NCBI RefSeq assembly: GCF_009914755.1
Contig: NC_060927.1
Length of the DNA stretch: 64,000 bases
From: the human T2T-CHM13v2.0 reference genome, Homo sapiens
Reading direction: 5' to 3' (one strand)
In this document: piece by piece, positions 13,740 to 25,709 of the stretch
Layout: every line of letters begins with the position of its first letter
Numbering within the stretch: position 1 is the first letter of the stretch
Notes under the pieces: model-generated
Databases searched by the model: none
Seen by the model: the letters and a program-made list of their open reading frames with translations, nothing else
What the model was told of the DNA's origin: nothing
Program-made: the position numbers and the translations under genes

Positions 13740-14100
13740 CTTCTCGAGAAGTATGCTTTGAGTAACTGGAGCTGCCTCATTCAAAGATACCTGAGAGGTA
13801 CACAAATAAGCCCTCTCCCCCACAGGAAGCCTGTAATCAGTGACTCATAGATGCAGCTATGGAGTAGTCCAGCCTGCTTGCCTCTGAGTGAGATAACCTC
13901 CGTGGTGTAATTTATGCTCTAGAGCTCCCCGTGAGATGGGGCCTAGGCTTGACTTCTAAAACCACATCTTTGCCAGGTTCCTTTCCCTGCACTAATCTAT
14001 GCCCTCATCTTGCTTTATGTTTCTCCTGAGAACTTGACCTCAATAAATCACTTGCAGGAAAATTCCTATTTTAGGTTCTACTTCCAACCAAACCCAAATA
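13740..14100 (+). mobile_element. ERVL LTR fragment (LTR16-like)
   Basis: 'ggtgtaatttatgctctagagctccc...ctcaataaatcacttgca'. Confidence 0.5.
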
Positions 14101-14719
14101 AAGACATGCAATAAATTTGAGCATTTCTTGCTCAACCAAAAAATAAAATAACCAAAAGAACCCTGAAATAGTATCCATTGGTATAAATCTTTGGATAGAG
14201 AAAAATTATAGCTCACTCTTCTCAAAGGGTCCAGAAATTCACAGACATCTGATAATTTGGGGGTTGGTTAGAACCTCCATAGTTATTAAAGCAAAGTTTT
14301 ATTCATTCCTGGAAATGTTTATTCTCAAATTGTACCACTATACACTAATACATTTCTTAACAGCACTATTCAAGTAGAGAGCATGTTTGATGTCTGACTG
14401 CCAGGATTTTCATCTCCCCTGTATTTGTGGGTTTCTGCTTTCAGAAGATAATCAGAGAATAGGTGATGGTGGCTAGAAAAACGCCCGTCATACAGTCTTA
14501 AAAGAAAAATTATATAAGGCTACACATAGTGCAATCTTAAATAATAAAACAAATCTATCCATCTCTCTATCTAGGCATTGAAAAATCAATGAAAGAAAGC
14601 ATACCAAGATGTGAACAGCAGTAGTAAAGTTCTGAGAGATTTTTATTTCATCTTTTACAATTTTACAATCTTCACATTTTAAACAGAAAGCATGACTGTG
14701 GTTTTTGAAAAAATATGGT

Positions 14720-16310
14720 TTAAAAAAAGGGTAACTCAGCAAACAGATCAAAGAGAGAACAATAGCACTTCCTCCCCCTCCCCCCAACCTCACCCCCTGC
14801 AAATGAGCTCTGTACAAAAGTAAATTTCTGGACATTCTACATCAAATATAAGATGGCTTTGAAAGGTGGAGAAAATCAGATCTCCTAGGGATTTAAGGAA
14901 ATAAGACACAACACAGTGGTGAGTTCCCTGGGTTTTCATTTTGCCTCATATATCCCAGAGTTGGAACTGAAGAAACTGGAGAAATGCCAATGGGCACAGA
15001 CAAGGAAACCACCAACAAAAGCCTGTTGTCTGTAGCCAAAGGACCAGGAAGGGGCAGCCTAACAAGGCAGGACTCTTCTATACCCACTCTACTTCAGTGG
15101 GACACCACAGAAGCAACCTGTGACCCCAGCCCTACTGAAGCCCATGAAGGCTGATTGGGGAGCTCTGACTTTCACCCTCACTAGACTATAAGGAGGAACC
15201 CAATCTCTCTGCCTGGGTGGTATTAGAAAGGCTGAGTAGAGAGTTGGTTTGTTGATCTCTTCTAGACAGTAACAAGACTTCCCACCTCCTACATGGGGTC
15301 AGTGGAGAACACATGGGGAGCCTGGCCTTCCACCCCTGCTCAGCGGTAAAGAGGCATCCCCCCCAACTATTCACTGTTGTGGTGTCAGAGGAGGCCTAAC
15401 AGACAGGCAGGACTTCCACCCCCCCCACCCCCAAGTAAAGAGGCCATAACTCTCTTCTGTGGTGCTAGTGGGGCCATGAGGGAGTGCAGCACTAGGCATT
15501 CCTTGCTCTCCAAGCCTAGGGGATTCAGTCAGTGGAGGCGTAATGAAAAGTCAGAGTGCCCACCCACCCAGGAGTGATAAGGAGCCTCACTTCAGGTGTG
15601 AATGAAGGCCACCTGGTTGTCCACCCAACATGGCAGCAGTGAGGTATCTCCTTCCTCCTCTGCTGGAGCAGAGTTAGAGGAAGCTGGCTCGAACAGATTT
15701 AAACAAGATCCAAAGTCTCAGAAAGTAACATCCACAATGTCCAAGTTTCAATCGAGTAACATGCTTTATACTGGGAAGATCTCAAGCTGAATGAAAAAAA
15801 AGGTGATCCATAGATGCCAACACGGAGATGACAGGAATGGCAGAATCATCTAACGGACAGTTTAAAGCAACCATCATAAAAAATGCTGGCACTGAATAGT
15901 TATGAACACACTTGAAACAGGAACAAAATAGAAAGTTTCAGCAAAGAAACAGGATAGAAAGAACCAAATGGAAAGTTTATAACTGAAAAATACAGCAACC
16001 AAAATAAAATAAAAATGGATGAGCTGAACAGCAAAATGGAGGGCACAGAGAAAAGCATCTGTAAACTGGAAGACAGAATGATAGAAATTACCCAATTTGA
16101 ACAATGCAGAGAAAACAGACTGAAAAAGTGAAAACAACATCAGGGACCTGTGGGATTATAACAGAAGAGCTAATATTTATGTCACCGAACTCCTGTATTG
16201 AAAGGAGAAAGTGGGGCTGGAAACTTGAAGATATAATAGTTGAAAATTTACCAAATTTGGCTAAAGACATACACCTTTAGAATCAAGAAGCTGAACGAAA
16301 CTCACGATTT
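14720..16310 (+). mobile_element. Old L1M 5'UTR and ORF1 relic (approximate)
   Basis: Decayed ORF1 text 'cagggacctgtgggattataacagaagagctaatatttatgtcacc...aatcaagaagctgaacgaa'. Confidence 0.6.
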
Positions 16311-17170
16311 TCAAGAATAAGTCTGAGTATGACTATGTAGGTTATGAAAGCCACCAGATAATCACTTTGTTCAGATTATGAAGTTGTTGTTTTTAACCTG
16401 TGAAAAGGACTCAGAGACCATCAGTGATGCTACAGTAACAGTGTTAGACAGTGTCTAGCCAGAGTGACTATTTATGACTTCAGTTAGCCCAGGAAGATTC
16501 AAATTAAGTGTAGAAATGTTTAAGACACTCCATTGTTCAATATTTTTGTGCATTTGATATTTTATGCATTTTCCACATGTAAGAAATATTTGGATTAACA
16601 GGTCAGTGTCCTGTTTTCATACAATCTAACATGTATGACTAAGCATACATGTTCAGTCTAACATGTGTGACTAAGCACGTGATAAAAAATTTGCAATTTT
16701 AAGTTGAAATCTTACTGAGTATGCAGGCAGTATCAGCACATTTAAGAGAACTTAAGAATTTCTTGACGATTTTTAAACTTTTTTGTGAGAATTTCTTAAA
16801 TGGAGTGGACTAGCATAAAATTGAAAACAAAACTATAACGAAATATATTAAATTTGTACAGGCAGTTTGCGTATTTAAAGGAGTTTCATTGTTTGAAAAC
16901 ATGAATCAATCCCCTTAAAGGTGATTTTTCAAAATTGAATAGATTTATAAATAGAATGAGATCTACAAATTCAGAAAGTTGGCTTTAAAATTTGTAACTT
17001 AATTATTCACATTTAAACCTCTGGAAGATCTTTTCAATGCCTAAAACCTGCCCCTAAAGACATAAAATCCCTCACACTAACATATACATGAACATGTGGT
17101 ATGATCATCATCTATGGGAAAAACCTTGTTAACTTTTTCTAGTGTGGAAACACTAGAAAAGTGGAAACTT

Positions 17171-17360
17171 GGTTGGGCGCAGTGGCTCACGCCTGTAATC
17201 CCGGCACTTTGGGAGGCTGAGGCAGGCGGATCATGAGGTCAGGAGATCGAGACCATCCTGGCTAACACAGTGATACCCCATCTCTACTAAACACACTGCA
17301 CTCCAGCCTGAGCGAAAGAGCAAGACTCCATCTCAAAAAACAAAACAAAACAAAAAAACC
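17171..17360 (+). mobile_element. AluY with a large internal deletion
   Basis: AluY-type left arm ('gagatcgagaccatcctggctaacac') joined directly to 'cactgcactccagcctg'. TSD agaaaagtggaaa(c/g)tt at 17155-17170 and 17363-17378. Confidence 0.88.
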
Positions 17361-18540
17361 CCAGAAAAGTGGAAAGTTGCATTGCTTCTCCAAGTCCTGT
17401 CCAGTTCAAGTGAGTAGTTCTAAGCATGTCTGGATTACTCATTCCTTGAGTAGAGATTTTGCCTCTATTTAATCTCTGTTATCGCTGCAGCTGCCATGGT
17501 GCCAGGGAAGAGCAGATGGTAGAGAAACACGTGTTTGAATTCAACTTAATCAGCTACATTTTCCAAGCTCTATTTTAAAATGGTGTATTCTGCGACAGTG
17601 GTCCTGAAGAGGTTTGGCTTCCAAGGATGAAATGACTCAGAAGAACCTGAAGCTCACCAGCCATATTTGCAACCTGAGCACTCATAGGATGACAACGTTG
17701 AGCAGAATTTAGCCCCCTCCAGCACTCTGTTAGAGTTTGGGAAGAACTGTTAGCTGCCTGGAACATGCTTTTTTGTATACTCAGGAGGCAAAGTTCTGCC
17801 ATGTTGCCTTTAACCAGCCATGTTTTTGAGGTGCTGATTGTCCTTACACAATGCCTTTTTCTAAGTAGCAAGCTTCACCCCCATGAAACACCTCAATATA
17901 GATCAACATACTGTTTGACATTCATCACTGGAACAAAATGTGGCATAATTTCAAATACTAGAATTTTAGACACTGCACTTCAAAGTTAAAGAGACTTACA
18001 GCAACATGAAAAAGTCATCAATAATTACAACGCATATTATAGAAAAAATTAAGTTCTATATATTGAACAAAACTGGGTGGCATATCCATGAAATACATGC
18101 TCTTTGAGAACCAGTAACTAATTATATTATTCCAGTTAAAGATCTAAAACTAAGATGAGTTTTCATTCTGAGACACTAAAATGTAAACTGAGTGAGATTT
18201 TTAAATGTTATTTGAATAGATCAGCTTTAAAACAAACTTACTTGGGTTTGTATTTACCATATTTTTTTGCAGTTTAATATTTATCCTCCCAAAAAGTATA
18301 TTATTAAAAGAACAGTATAACTTACATAAGTTTTCACAATCATAGAACATTTGTAAATTAGTTCAAGATCTCAGAGAAATGTGTAAAAGCATTTGTATCT
18401 TTTTAAATTTAATATATTTATCTAATAAGTATACTCTTGTCTCACTTAACTTTATGCAGTGCTTTTTCTTTTGGTAATTTTTGTCTTTATTATACCAATG
18501 ACCCATATTTACTATAGTAAATTAATACATATAATTGAAT

Positions 18541-18751
18541 CAGTGTGTCTCAACCTTGGCACTATTGACACTTTGGGTTGAATAATTCTTTGCTGTGGAG
18601 GGCAGACCCTGTGTTGTAGAATGTTCAGCAGCATCCTTGGCCTCTACCTACTAGAAGTGAGGAGTGTCTCCAGTTTCAACAAAGAGAAGCGTCTCTAGAC
18701 ATTGCAAAATTTTCCCAGGGAGAGCAAAATTGTCCTTAGTTGAGAGCCACT
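18541..18751. mobile_element. MER20 DNA transposon (a second fragment lies at about 19965-20050)
   Basis: cagtgtgtctcaaccttggcactattgaca...gttgagagccact. Confidence 0.75.
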
Positions 18752-19589
18752 AATTTATGAAAAGAAAACAAAGTCACCCATTTTTCTTCCACACTTATAT
18801 TTTAGTTTATATTGTTATGGTCAATTTTCTCTATCTATATAGATATGTATCCAAGTATCTAGCTATAAGATATTTTATATATGGAATATATATAAACACA
18901 TTTAAAATTAGCATTATTACTTCTCTTTTGCAGCATATATTATGAACATTCTTTCACAAAAAAGTATATGTTTATTTCCTCATTTTTAAAATGGCTACAC
19001 GATATTCCACTGTTTATACACAATATTATTTATTCCATTTACTACTTTTAGATATTGAAGTTATTCCCAATGTTTGATAAAAGTGTGCCTTTGGTTGGGT
19101 ATGATATTCTTGGGAAACACATTCTTCCCCTAAAATTTTTGCAGATTTGCTTCACTGTCTTTTGGTATCAAAAATGGCTGAGAAGTATGAGTCCAGTAAA
19201 ATTTCTTCTCCTCTGCATTTGTTCATCTGCATGTTTAGTCAAGGAACCCAAAGGATTCTTTCTTTATTCTTAAAGTTAAAAACCTTTGTCTTTAAAGTAT
19301 CAACTTGCTGATATTTCCTGAAATACAGTGTTTCTTTTCAGTCTTTTGGCACAATTTCACATTCATTTCAATAAACTTTTATTCTATTATATCTTTAAAA
19401 TCACTTTCATTTTTAGTTGCTGGTCTTTTCTACTTTAAGCACACCAATTATCCTTATGTTGGATTGTCCTTGTCCTATGTATTATTGTCTCCTAGTTCCT
19501 TTAATTTCTTTATTTCCCCCTCTGCATTCATGGTGAATCATACAATCCACTATTTTATATGTTTCCATTTTTCTGGCATCTTCATTTTA

Positions 19590-19895
19590 TTTATTTATTT
19601 ATTATTATTTTTTGAGATAGAGTTTCACTTTTGTTACCCAGGCTGGAGTGCAATGGCACAATCTTGGCTCACTGAAACCTCCACCTCCTGGGTTCAAGTG
19701 ATTCTCCTACCTCAGCCTCCCAAGTAGCTGGGATTACAGGTACCCGCCACCACATCCAGCTAGTTTTTGTATTTTTAGTAGAGGAGGGGTTTCACCATGC
19801 TGGCCCAGCTGGTCTCGAATTCCTAACCTCAGGTGATCTGCACCCCTCAACCTCCCAAAGTGCTGGGATTACAGGTGTGAGCCACCAGACCCGGC
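19590..19895 (-). mobile_element. Full-length AluS inside a minus-strand L1M relic
   Basis: Reverse Alu with 16-bp TSD tggcat(c/t)ttcatttta at 19574-19589 and 19896-19911. Confidence 0.92.
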
Positions 19896-21517
19896 TGGCA
19901 TTTTCATTTTAATGAATCCGTAACCCACATTTATTATGTTAAATTAGTAAATGTAGTTAAATTGGGGTTTCTCAACCTTGACACTATTGACATTTTGGGT
20001 AGAAAACTCTTCACTGAGGGTGGGGGCTCTCCTGTGCATTGCAATATATTTAGGATTCATTACTTTTTGTGATTTATTGGTCAGTTCTTGAATATTGTTT
20101 TCCTCCTTCTCCACTGATTTTCTTACCTCCCTTTTCTTCTTTTTCTGTTTTTATGTCAGTATTTGATCACCTTTTTGTTTATTAACTGAATTAATAGTTT
20201 TATTAAGTATTACACAAATAGGTTCTTTAGGGATTTAAAAAATGTTTTTCTTCAGTTATATGTTTTTCCAAAAGGGATTATTTGTCTATTATGGGTGGTG
20301 CCTTCGTTTTTCTGCCTTTGGCTTACCCCTCTTTCCTTTACTGAATAGCACAGATGCCATGTTGTTTCTGTTTCTTGTTTTCTTGGTCATGATGAACACA
20401 GCAGCTGTCTACCTTCTCTTTGTTCTGATATATTGTGTGCTAATTCTCTCTGATCTCCTTATCTGAGATCAGTTGTCTACCTCCCTGAGAGCTGGGAAGT
20501 GCATATGCAATACTTTCCTGAGGCTGTGTGCCATTGGTGGAAATGTGTTGTGTGTAGCGGGGAGGAAAGGACAGGGTGGATGGGAGCCGTTCCGCTGGGC
20601 CTGTGTGCAGTCTTGTTTGGAAGAGCTGCACCATGCTGTCTCCTCTGTGATTTTGCTAAGCATCTACCTAGTTGGAGGCGTATGCCGTTGCCATTTATTA
20701 GCTCTGGATGGTGAGAAGAAAAGACGCCCACTGGCTTTCAGCACAGAGATTTCAACCTTTGCTTCTGTCACATAGATCAGCCCAGGCATTCTGTTTTCCT
20801 GTTTCACCTGTTCCTACCCAGAAGCCATTTCCATACCCTAAAGAAGTGGCACTATGAACATTTTTGAGGCTGTTAATCTGTACTAAAAAACTGACCTCCA
20901 GAAACGTTATACTGATTACATAGTAAATACTAAATTAATGAAGAGTATCTACTTTCTTATATTTTTGTCAAACTTGAATATTAATACTTTTATTTTTAAT
21001 ACTAGATTTTTATAAAAAATAAAAGTATGAGAAAACATAGTTTAATGAATTTCAATGTATGCGAATATTTTACAAATTTTTTTGAAATTCACACGCAATA
21101 TTCTGAAAGTTTACAACTGTCAATGGGTCCATACAAATTATGTAACATTTGAAACAATTAACAGAAATTTAAAGGGTTCTTATTTAACTGAATGTTTAAA
21201 AGTTCTCTTGAAAGGAAGCAATCTTGGAAGAAATTATTTAAAACATAGGATAATTAAAAATATGTTTAATAAAGAACAATAAGTAAATGTTTCAAGATAG
21301 AGTCATGCAGTTGGGAAACAATGATCTTTTAACTAGAGGTCCAAAATTCTTTTAAAAAAATAATAGATTTTTTATTGGTATCCAGGGAGCAAGGTTACTA
21401 CTGTTCTTTTCTTAAACACACAAAAAGCACCAATTGGCAAGGTCACCTGTTTGTATCCATGAGATCATATACATGAAGAGTGATAAATAAAACCCAACCA
21501 ATACTTTTATTAATATA

Positions 21518-21836
21518 CAGGAATCCCCCCTTACCTGCAGGGCATCCAAAACTCCCGAGTGAATGCCTGAAACCACAGATAGTACCAAGCCCTACACATA
21601 GCATGTCTTTTCCTAGACATATATCCTTATGGAAAGGTTTAATTTATAAATGAGGCACAGTAAGAGACAAACAGGAATAAAATTGAACAATTATGACAAT
21701 ATGCTGTAATAAAAGTTATATGAATGTGGTCTCTCTCAAAACATTTCATTGTACTGTACTAATCTATTTTCTGACTCTAGCTGACCACAGGTAACTAAAA
21801 CTGAAATGTGAAACCATGGATAAGGGAGGACTACTG
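21518..21836. mobile_element. Tigger-family MITE (MER44-like)
   Basis: TIRs caggaatccccccttacc / ggataagggaggactactg with TA on both sides. Confidence 0.75.
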
Positions 21837-22779
21837 TATGTGCTGTATGTGATTCCTAATACAAGGCTATTTATTTATTTAAAACGATTTATCATTGTGA
21901 TGTCGTTTCTGCTTTTTAATACAAGGTCCTTCAAAAATTATTTGTTTTGCTCAGGGCAACTAGTTATAAGGATTTAAAGCACATGAATGTTCAATATTAA
22001 AAGGTAATTGAAAAAAAACTCCAAATTGAATCTCCAAATCTTCTAGTTTCTCCCGTTGTCTGATGTTTGAAAACAGATGTGTTAATGACTACTACATCAT
22101 GGCTTACTTTCATTTTTTTCTTCCCTAGCTAGGAAAGGAATTAGGAGAGCTCCCAATAAACATGCCTGTATGTTGCTGCCTCTACAAACACAAGGGAGGA
22201 ACAAGAACAACAACAACAAAAACCTGACAATTTCCCCATAGCTGGCATATACAATTTAATTAATTTTGGATTTGTGAAATTTGGCATAAGGTGCCTAGGA
22301 ATTGCTCCTGGCTTACTTAGAATATGAAAATATGAGATAAGACTGCCAGACCTAAACTTCTCCAGAAGAAGGGTAAAGGCTGCACACTAAATTTTCTCCT
22401 AATATGATAAAACTGCCTCCAGCCTTTATCTCTTCTGCCCCTCTGCCTTTTGTCTTTTGGATGGTCATGGTTATAGATGTTGGGAAGGCACTGAGTTAAA
22501 GAGAAGACACTTGGGAATTAGATCCCTAGAAAATGGCCCTTGCCTTATGCCTTGTGCAAGTCCCGGAGGTGCCATTCACATTGTAGTCCATATGACCTGC
22601 CAGTTGCTTATGGTGATCTTTCTGCTTCTAAATCCTGCTTCCCAAAGTATGAGATACACAGGGCAAGCAATACATTCAAGAACCCAGCTTCCTAAATGTC
22701 TTTGCCTCCAACATCCTTTCAAATGATCATAAGTGGCATAACCTTAGTGAATTTGGGTCCCCATAGATACAAAACAAAG

Positions 22780-23215
22780 ACCAGTGGCTTTTGACTCAGA
22801 AGACCAAGTTTCAATCCTGACTCGCCACATGCTAGTTTTGTGCTCTTGGTCATGTTACTTAAATTCTCGGAGTTACAATGTTCTCACCAGTAAAACAACA
22901 ATGACAGATTCATAGAGTTGCTAAAGAGGATTAATTAGGATAGCACAGGTAAAGTTCCTGGCACACAGAAAGCACTTAATCAATGTGAGCCTCTCTGAAG
23001 TGAAAGTAACGCATCCTAATACTCAGGAGATTTAGACCAGAGAGCTATACTGTCCAATATGGCAGCCACTAGCAATGTGTGGCTGTCAATTAATTAGCAT
23101 TAGACTTTAAAATTCAGTTCCCAGGATGCTCAATAGTCACATGTGATGGATGACTATATGTTGGACAGCACTGATATTTACCATTGCTGTCATACAGAAA
23201 GTTTTACTGGACAAT
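22780..23215. mobile_element. MIR followed by a MER3-like element (approximate)
   Basis: MIR core at 22790-22985. 'ctgtccaatatggcagccactagc...ttggacagcactg' at 23050-23175. Confidence 0.6.
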
Positions 23216-23831
23216 AGAAGAAATGATAGAATTAAACAAGAATCCAAAGTCCAGAAGCCAACATCTTTGCCATTAACTACGAAACTCAAGAGGAGCAACT
23301 TTATCTCACTTTGTCACAATTTCCTCACTGGTAAAATGGATACTGCCTTTGCAGTAATGTGGTGGGGATCAAGTACACTGCAGTTACTTTTTTTTCCTTG
23401 CTTTAGTCTTTCCAAGACTAAACAATGCATGACATACTTACTAGCAAGGATCACTTTGAGGATGAGTTAGTTGATAGGTGCAGCCCTTTGGTAGTTTAAT
23501 ATTCATAGCCATGATTTGGTATTATTCCAATGCACCTGTGAGCAGTTAGGAACAGCATATGTTCAAAAGTGCAAGGAGCTACTGCAGACAGTCCTTGTGG
23601 TGATGGAAAGACAAAAAGTAACAAAACTGAATTGGTTTTCATTGGCAAGTGGCCTTTTGTAGACTTTTTGTAGCTCTCACAGGGTTTAAAATGGAAAGAT
23701 CAAAGATCTTATTTCCTACTTTTCCATTTCTGTTTCACTTTAATATCTAAATCTTCCTTTCTCAGGTTTGAAAACAATACTCCGTTGCTGTCATTTTGGG
23801 GGCAATGTTGTATTTTTTTATTTATCTAGAG

Positions 23832-24028
23832 CTGGGGTTGGCAAACCTTTTATGTAAAGGGCCAAAGAGGAAATATTTTAGGGTCATAAGGTTTCTATCA
23901 CAACTACTCAGCTCTGCTGTGTAGCATGAAAGTAGCCACAGACAACATGCACACAAATGGGTGTGTCTGTGACAATAAAACTTAATTTACTAAAATAGGC
24001 CCTTGGGCCTTAGTTTGCCAACTCCAGA
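23832..24028. mobile_element. MER58A
   Basis: ctggggttggcaaacc...tagtttgccaactccag, flanked by tctaga sites. Confidence 0.75.
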
Positions 24029-24328
24029 TCTAGAAAAATATGAAAGAACATATCCTTTTCACTTCCCCACATTGTTTCCTTCCCCACTATGATATATATT
24101 TTCTCGCTTATTTTAATTTTGAACATATAGTGTATTCTACAAATGATCACAATCAAACATTCAAATATTTACTTTAGTAATGTGAAAAAATAATATTCCT
24201 TCTAATTTTTATCAAGGCTTTGCACTTAAAAAACAATATAATTCTTAATGACATTTTTTTTTTCCTCAGAGAGAAAACTGAGCGGAAGAGACATGAAAAT
24301 AAAATGTAGAAGAATTGTAATTTAATTC

Positions 24329-25002
24329 TTGGAGGAGGGGATAAAGCAATTAAATCATTTATGTGATTATTTCATAAAAGGGTTAATAACAAGCAAATAG
24401 CCTTTTATTTTCAAATAAGCTCAAAGCCAAAACAATCAAAAACACTGATTACAACTCAAGATGAGATTTTGGGTGGGGACACAGCCAAACCATATCAGGT
24501 AGTTAATATGTTAAATGTAAACTTGTCTGAGTTTTTTATGGCCTATATTTATTGTATAGAAGACCACAAAAATTATTGTAAATGAACCGGGGCCAGATTC
24601 AGGAATAGGTTACTGACCTGAAACTGATCACTGGAGTCATATTCAATTTTGGGAGGTGTCTTAGAATTACCAAGAGAAGCTTCTTTCCTTCCTCTCTCCT
24701 TCCTCCCTCTTTCTTTCGTTTATTTGCTCATTTATTTTCTCTTTCCCTCTGCTCCCTCTCTCTTTCTCTTCTGAGGATGCTAAATTTGAGAACCTCACAT
24801 GTAATGGCCAGCAGCCATTATCCACCTGTAAAAATGGCCTGCCTGAGAATAAAACAATTAGAGACAAGCTACGCTAAGGATGCAAAAAGAACAAGCTCTG
24901 ATGGCTTTGAGCTTATTTGAAAATAAAAGGCTATTTCCTTGTTATTAACCCTTTTATGAAATAATCACAAAAATGATTTAATTGCTTTATCCCCTCCTCC
25001 AA
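24329..25002. repeat. 101-bp inverted repeat (arms 24329-24429 and 24902-25002, 2 mismatches, 472-nt spacer)
   Basis: Base-by-base reverse complement comparison gives 99/101 identity. Confidence 0.97.
24449..24497 (-). mobile_element. Terminal ~50-bp stub of a THE1/MST LTR
   Basis: ttacaactcaagatgagattttgggtggggacacagccaaaccatatca closely matches the end of the intact LTR at 37733-37782. Confidence 0.8.
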
Positions 25003-25709
25003 ATTGGGTTGACTGGAAACATCAATATTTACAAGTGATTCAAACATAGTCCTCTTCAGAGATCAAAAATTTAAAAATGTTGTCTAGTTGACATAATATA
25101 GGTTATTTTTTTTACTGCACCAACTAGTGATTAAGCTATCAAAAACCAAAACACAACTAAGAAGACATTGTTAATATTCTTCATTCATTGCATGGGCATT
25201 AAGAAAGGATGTAAGACTGATCTATCCAATAGTTTATTTCTCCATGGCAAACATGGCTCTAAACAATAATGACTTTCATACTTTTGTCCACACATAAAAT
25301 TTATGAGAACAAAGTAAGCTGGTAAAAAAAACAAACAAAATAGTTTGGTCTACTACATATTTATACACTGAAAGGAAAATTAACGGTGGCAATTGAGCCT
25401 CACTTAATGGAATGAGTTATACTGGAGTATCTCCCTTTGCGTTACGCAGACTGACATCACAGTTCAACCTGTCAGACATCTGAGATACATTCCTGGGGTT
25501 CTGGTTTGTGTATAACTTTTATGGATTCAATAATCTCCTAACACAGAAATGGGTATCTGATAAAGTTGAGTGGAACTGGAATAATCCTGGAATGACCCAA
25601 ATTATCAAATTTTAGAGGCATACCTAAGACACTAAGACTAGTGTCTTTGTAAAAAAAAAAAATGTTTGAGGAATAAAATTGAGTAAAATGAGAGATGCAC
25701 ACAGATCTT

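Noticed and set aside
24329-25002. Inverted repeat as the TIRs of a novel MITE or DNA transposon
   Set aside because: There is no target-site duplication at the outer ends (tttaattc versus attgggtt). The spacer is a patchwork of older local sequence (LTR stub, UTR copy, MaLR-like fragment). Primate DNA transposons are too old for 98% identical arms to be expected.
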